Shown piece by piece: positions 31,845 to 34,720 of a stretch of DNA of 34,720 nt. The DNA comes from Catajapyx aquilonaris. Lineage: Eukaryota. The position numbers and the translations under genes were made by a program. The notes beneath the pieces were generated by a model. It did no database searches and was not told where the DNA came from. It saw only the letters and a program-made list of their open reading frames with translations. The DNA lies in the NCBI GenBank assembly GCA_000934665.2, contig JYFJ02004104.1:1-34720 (forward strand), read 5' to 3'. Position 1 is the first letter of the stretch. The number at the start of each line of letters is the position of its first letter.

Positions 31845-32176
31845 GTTATTTATTTTACCCCGTGATAGGCCTTTTTGGGGGGTGGTACACCACCATCAAT
31901 TCTTCTTGTACTTTTCTCTTCAATATCCGGTGCAAGGAAACAGGACAATGGGAAAGGATAGGGATTTTTAGGGGGGGGGACACGGGTGCAAGTGCAATGT
32001 CTCAAGGTTGGGCCATGTGCAATCCCCCAGGAGGTTAGGTTGCCAGACACCTCCTTGGTGCAGGTCAGAGACCCTCCCGACGCAGGTGAAAGGAAAGTTC
32101 CCCAGGCGGGGATCGAACCTGGGGCCTTTCACTCAGCAAGCTGAGACGTTACCATCTCGGCCACCACACCTTCCCC
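31845..32176 (-). mobile_element. tRNA-derived SINE (third head type, core-B-related)
   Basis: Perfect 14-bp TSD attttctccttaat, A box TGGCCGAGATGG, B box GGTTCGATCCC. Shares GAGACATTGCACTTGCAC with the 8167 SINE and the tail GGCCTATCACGGGGTA with the V-SINE. Confidence 0.88.
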
Positions 32177-32952
32177 ATTTTCTCCTTAATTTGAGTTGAT
32201 ACAGCTGACTTTAAACATGGCTTAATCTTAGGCTATTATATTGGTGATTCAAATATGTAGACAAAAAAATACACATACAAAACTACAAGAAATGTAAACA
32301 TTTAAATGCTGCCGATGTCTTACTATAATTAACTTAAATAATATTTTAAGTATTTATGATTTTTTTCAAACTAATAGAACAAAGTTAAAATTTTTCATTT
32401 TTGATAGGCCCATTCCAGATTGTCTTGTATTCGTAGAATCACCCATATGAGAACTCGAGGATGAATATTAAAAACAGGAGCATAAGCTAGTCCTGATATA
32501 TGTTTTTACTTGTTCTTAGCTTTGTGATGTGGCATGGTGAAGTGTAGTGGAATAAAACATTGAACTTATCTGAGAAATGACTGACACTTCAGGATTTGCC
32601 CCCTGCAAATGTTGCTAACTAAGAAATCATAACACAATGGAAATCGCTGTTGTATGTCACGAGCAAAAGGCACGTAAATATGTCGAGAAACCTCGCAGCA
32701 CAAATAAAGAAATTCCTCGATAGATATGGTGCTGCCAAGTTGGTTTCTGTATCAAAAGTGCCACAAGCTTTTGGGAATTTTCTTGGTTACTATGCGGTAA
32801 CTTGTAGCTCACAATGGTACAGAGTAGTAATCTGACCCAACAAAAGTAATGCCTGCGGCTGATGCAGCAAGCGCTAAAATTCTGCATTAAGCCTACATTA
32901 TCAGAAAAATGATACCGTCAATCCTTTTATAAATGTCAACATGCATACCAAC

Positions 32953-33251
32953 CTTAGGTGTGAATGCTTTGGAAGGTCATCCACACTGCTGACTCTGAAG
33001 AGACCAGACATCCCAAAGTGAACCATGATGCTGAGTGTCTTTCCCTGCTTACCCTTCTTATCCTCCTGCTTGAGCACAAGCTTTATTTCCTTTCCCCTTG
33101 ACTCCGCCTTGATTGAGTAAATGTCTGCATTCCAGTCCACTTCCACATTCTTGCTTACCTCTGACTTCACAACTTGCCCTGTGAACAAAACCTTGGAGGC
33201 CAACTCATTCACCAGCAGGGCAGACCGGTACAGCTCAGGGGCTTCAGGCAT
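32953..33251 (-). CDS. NEIL1: NEIL1 (endonuclease VIII-like 1 DNA glycosylase/AP lyase) first coding exon
   Basis: MPEAPEL start with catalytic Pro2/Glu3, plus SRGKE, HFGMSG and LPKHSHLR motifs. Donor CTAAG|gttggt; 299 nt, phase 2. A possible acceptor 8 nt upstream of the ATG suggests a 5' UTR exon further right. Confidence 0.97.
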
Positions 33252-33657
33252 GGTTTATTCTGTGTGACAGACAATCTTTGAAAATATTGAACCATCCTCA
33301 ACCTTCCATTCCTACCAAACTTAAATTTATCCCAGTCTGATTTCAGCAGGATGATGGCCAAATTTATCTGCGTTCAGGTGCAGCGGTAGGGTGCGCAGCA
33401 GCGTCACAACTTGCTCCTATGAACAAAGACAAACCTGCATGTGATTACACAACCTCAAGCAACCTCAAGATACGTCTTGCCTGATTTTTTTTTTTTGTAC
33501 GATCAGTGCGGATCAGGATCAGCACGGGGATCAGTGTACGAATCACGCTGCCATGCTGCTTTTGGACTAGGGAACGATGGTACAGTTCCGAATTCCTTAT
33601 GTTCAAATATAACAGAAGAAACACAGTGTTGCCGCTGTTTTTGAATGTTGCTGACTA

Positions 33658-33978
33658 CACTGTACTCCCGATGATTCGAGCTAAGAACTGCACGGGTGTC
33701 GCCGGATTATCGGAAAACACGGATAATAGGAAAATGGTCCTAGAAATCGTAAAAAAAGGAGATATTCGCAGGTTATTAATTAGCTACCATGCATACCGGA
33801 GGAGCTGATTTAAATAAGGTTTAATCAAAATAACGAAACTGCCCACTCATTTTTAGTTTGTCTTCCGGAAAAAGTCTGTTATATTTCTCTGTTTGCAAGC
33901 CATGGTGACATTCTTTCGGACTTTTACTTATTTTCCTTCGGTTTGGCGACGCAACACAGGGATAATCGGGAGTACAAT

Positions 33979-33979
<1 letters not shown>
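33658..33979. mobile_element. pogo/Tigger-like MITE (partial second copy from 26318)
   Basis: TA|CACTGTACTCCCGAT...ATCGGGAGTACAATG|TA with repeated GGATAATCGG/GGATTATCGG motifs. Confidence 0.8.
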
Positions 33980-34077
<98 letters not shown>

Positions 34078-34090
34078 TTACTATTACTAC
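33980..34090. repeat. Compound microsatellite (TAT)n(TAC)n
   Basis: Directly visible; abuts a retroposon tail on the minus strand. Confidence 0.98.
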
Positions 34091-34150
34091 GTTACCCCGT
34101 GATAGGGTCAGAGGCCCTTATATAGGGGGGTGGAATACCACCATTTTTCC
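34091..34150 (-). mobile_element. 5'-truncated SINE/LINE 3' tail
   Basis: Minus strand AAAAATGGTGGTATTCCACCCCCC...CCTATCACGGGGTAAC followed by the microsatellite; matches the tails of the SINEs at 8167 and 31845. Confidence 0.7.
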
Positions 34151-34720
34151 TCTCTTTAGGTGTATGTTCCTGGGCTTGGCTCAATTTCGACATTTTTTGT
34201 GGGTTGACCCATTATTGCATAACACAGTCCAATTATCCCTCCGCTTTCGATCACATCTGTGTACGTTGACTGACACCAAGTTCAACATATGTACCAGACA
34301 CTACGCATGGGTTTGCTGCTATAAATTAATAAATAAAGAACATATTTTGATAATCTACCGTATTTTGATAACACAGCGCCACAAAAAAAACTTTCGGCGT
34401 GTTATTCGGAAATCACTATGTAGATCATGTTAGTAGGACCCAAAGTAGCTGGGAAACGCCCGGGATTTCTCTCCCAAAATGTTCAGTGGGTCAGGGTGAC
34501 CAAAAATCCGAAAAATTCAAAATATTGACGTTTTTTGGCCTATTTCCAGGTCTGGCAACCACTGTAAGTTTCGGATTTTGTTTTTGCTGGCATTAGGTGT
34601 TACCTGGGTCTAGTCTGAAGCCGCTATGGTGTTTAAAGTCGATCTTTTATGGAAACTGTGTTTTTCCAGGGTCCTTTTTATGGAAGAAATTCCGTTTTTT
34701 GGTACTTTTTCGTCAATTTT

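Noticed and set aside
33893..34125. Poly-Tyr and poly-Leu ORFs
   Set aside because: These are translations of the (TAT)n(TAC)n microsatellite.

Overview
Eukaryotic (animal, probably invertebrate) genomic DNA with two convergent, intron-split genes in extremely transposon-dense introns. Plus strand: the last four coding exons of a kinesin-8 (KIF18A/Klp67A-like) gene, covering stalk and tail; the motor exons lie upstream of the window. Exons are 2048-2338, 4315-4494, 11294-12856 and 21263-21608. The apparent frameshift at 12601 coincides with an N inside an 11-aa tandem repeat. Minus strand: an apparently complete NEIL1 DNA glycosylase CDS in four phase-compatible exons (33251-32953, 30095-29835, 29325-29051, 24043-23823; about 351 aa). 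The rest is a mosaic of non-autonomous DNA transposons (Tc1/mariner and pogo MITEs, hAT-Charlie, piggyBac-type TTAA, Sola2-type, Harbinger/Zator-type, one Helitron-like end), many folding into long hairpins and nested up to 3-4 deep. There are also tRNA-derived SINEs that mix heads, cores and a shared 3' tail. No autonomous element, CRISPR array or prokaryotic-type system is supported. The most unusual observations are the modular SINE set, a MITE fused to a retroposon tail, foldback elements built from duplicated transposase ends, mirror-site insertions, and a ~930-bp hairpin that may lie in the NEIL1 3' UTR. All calls are by eye; no database search was run.
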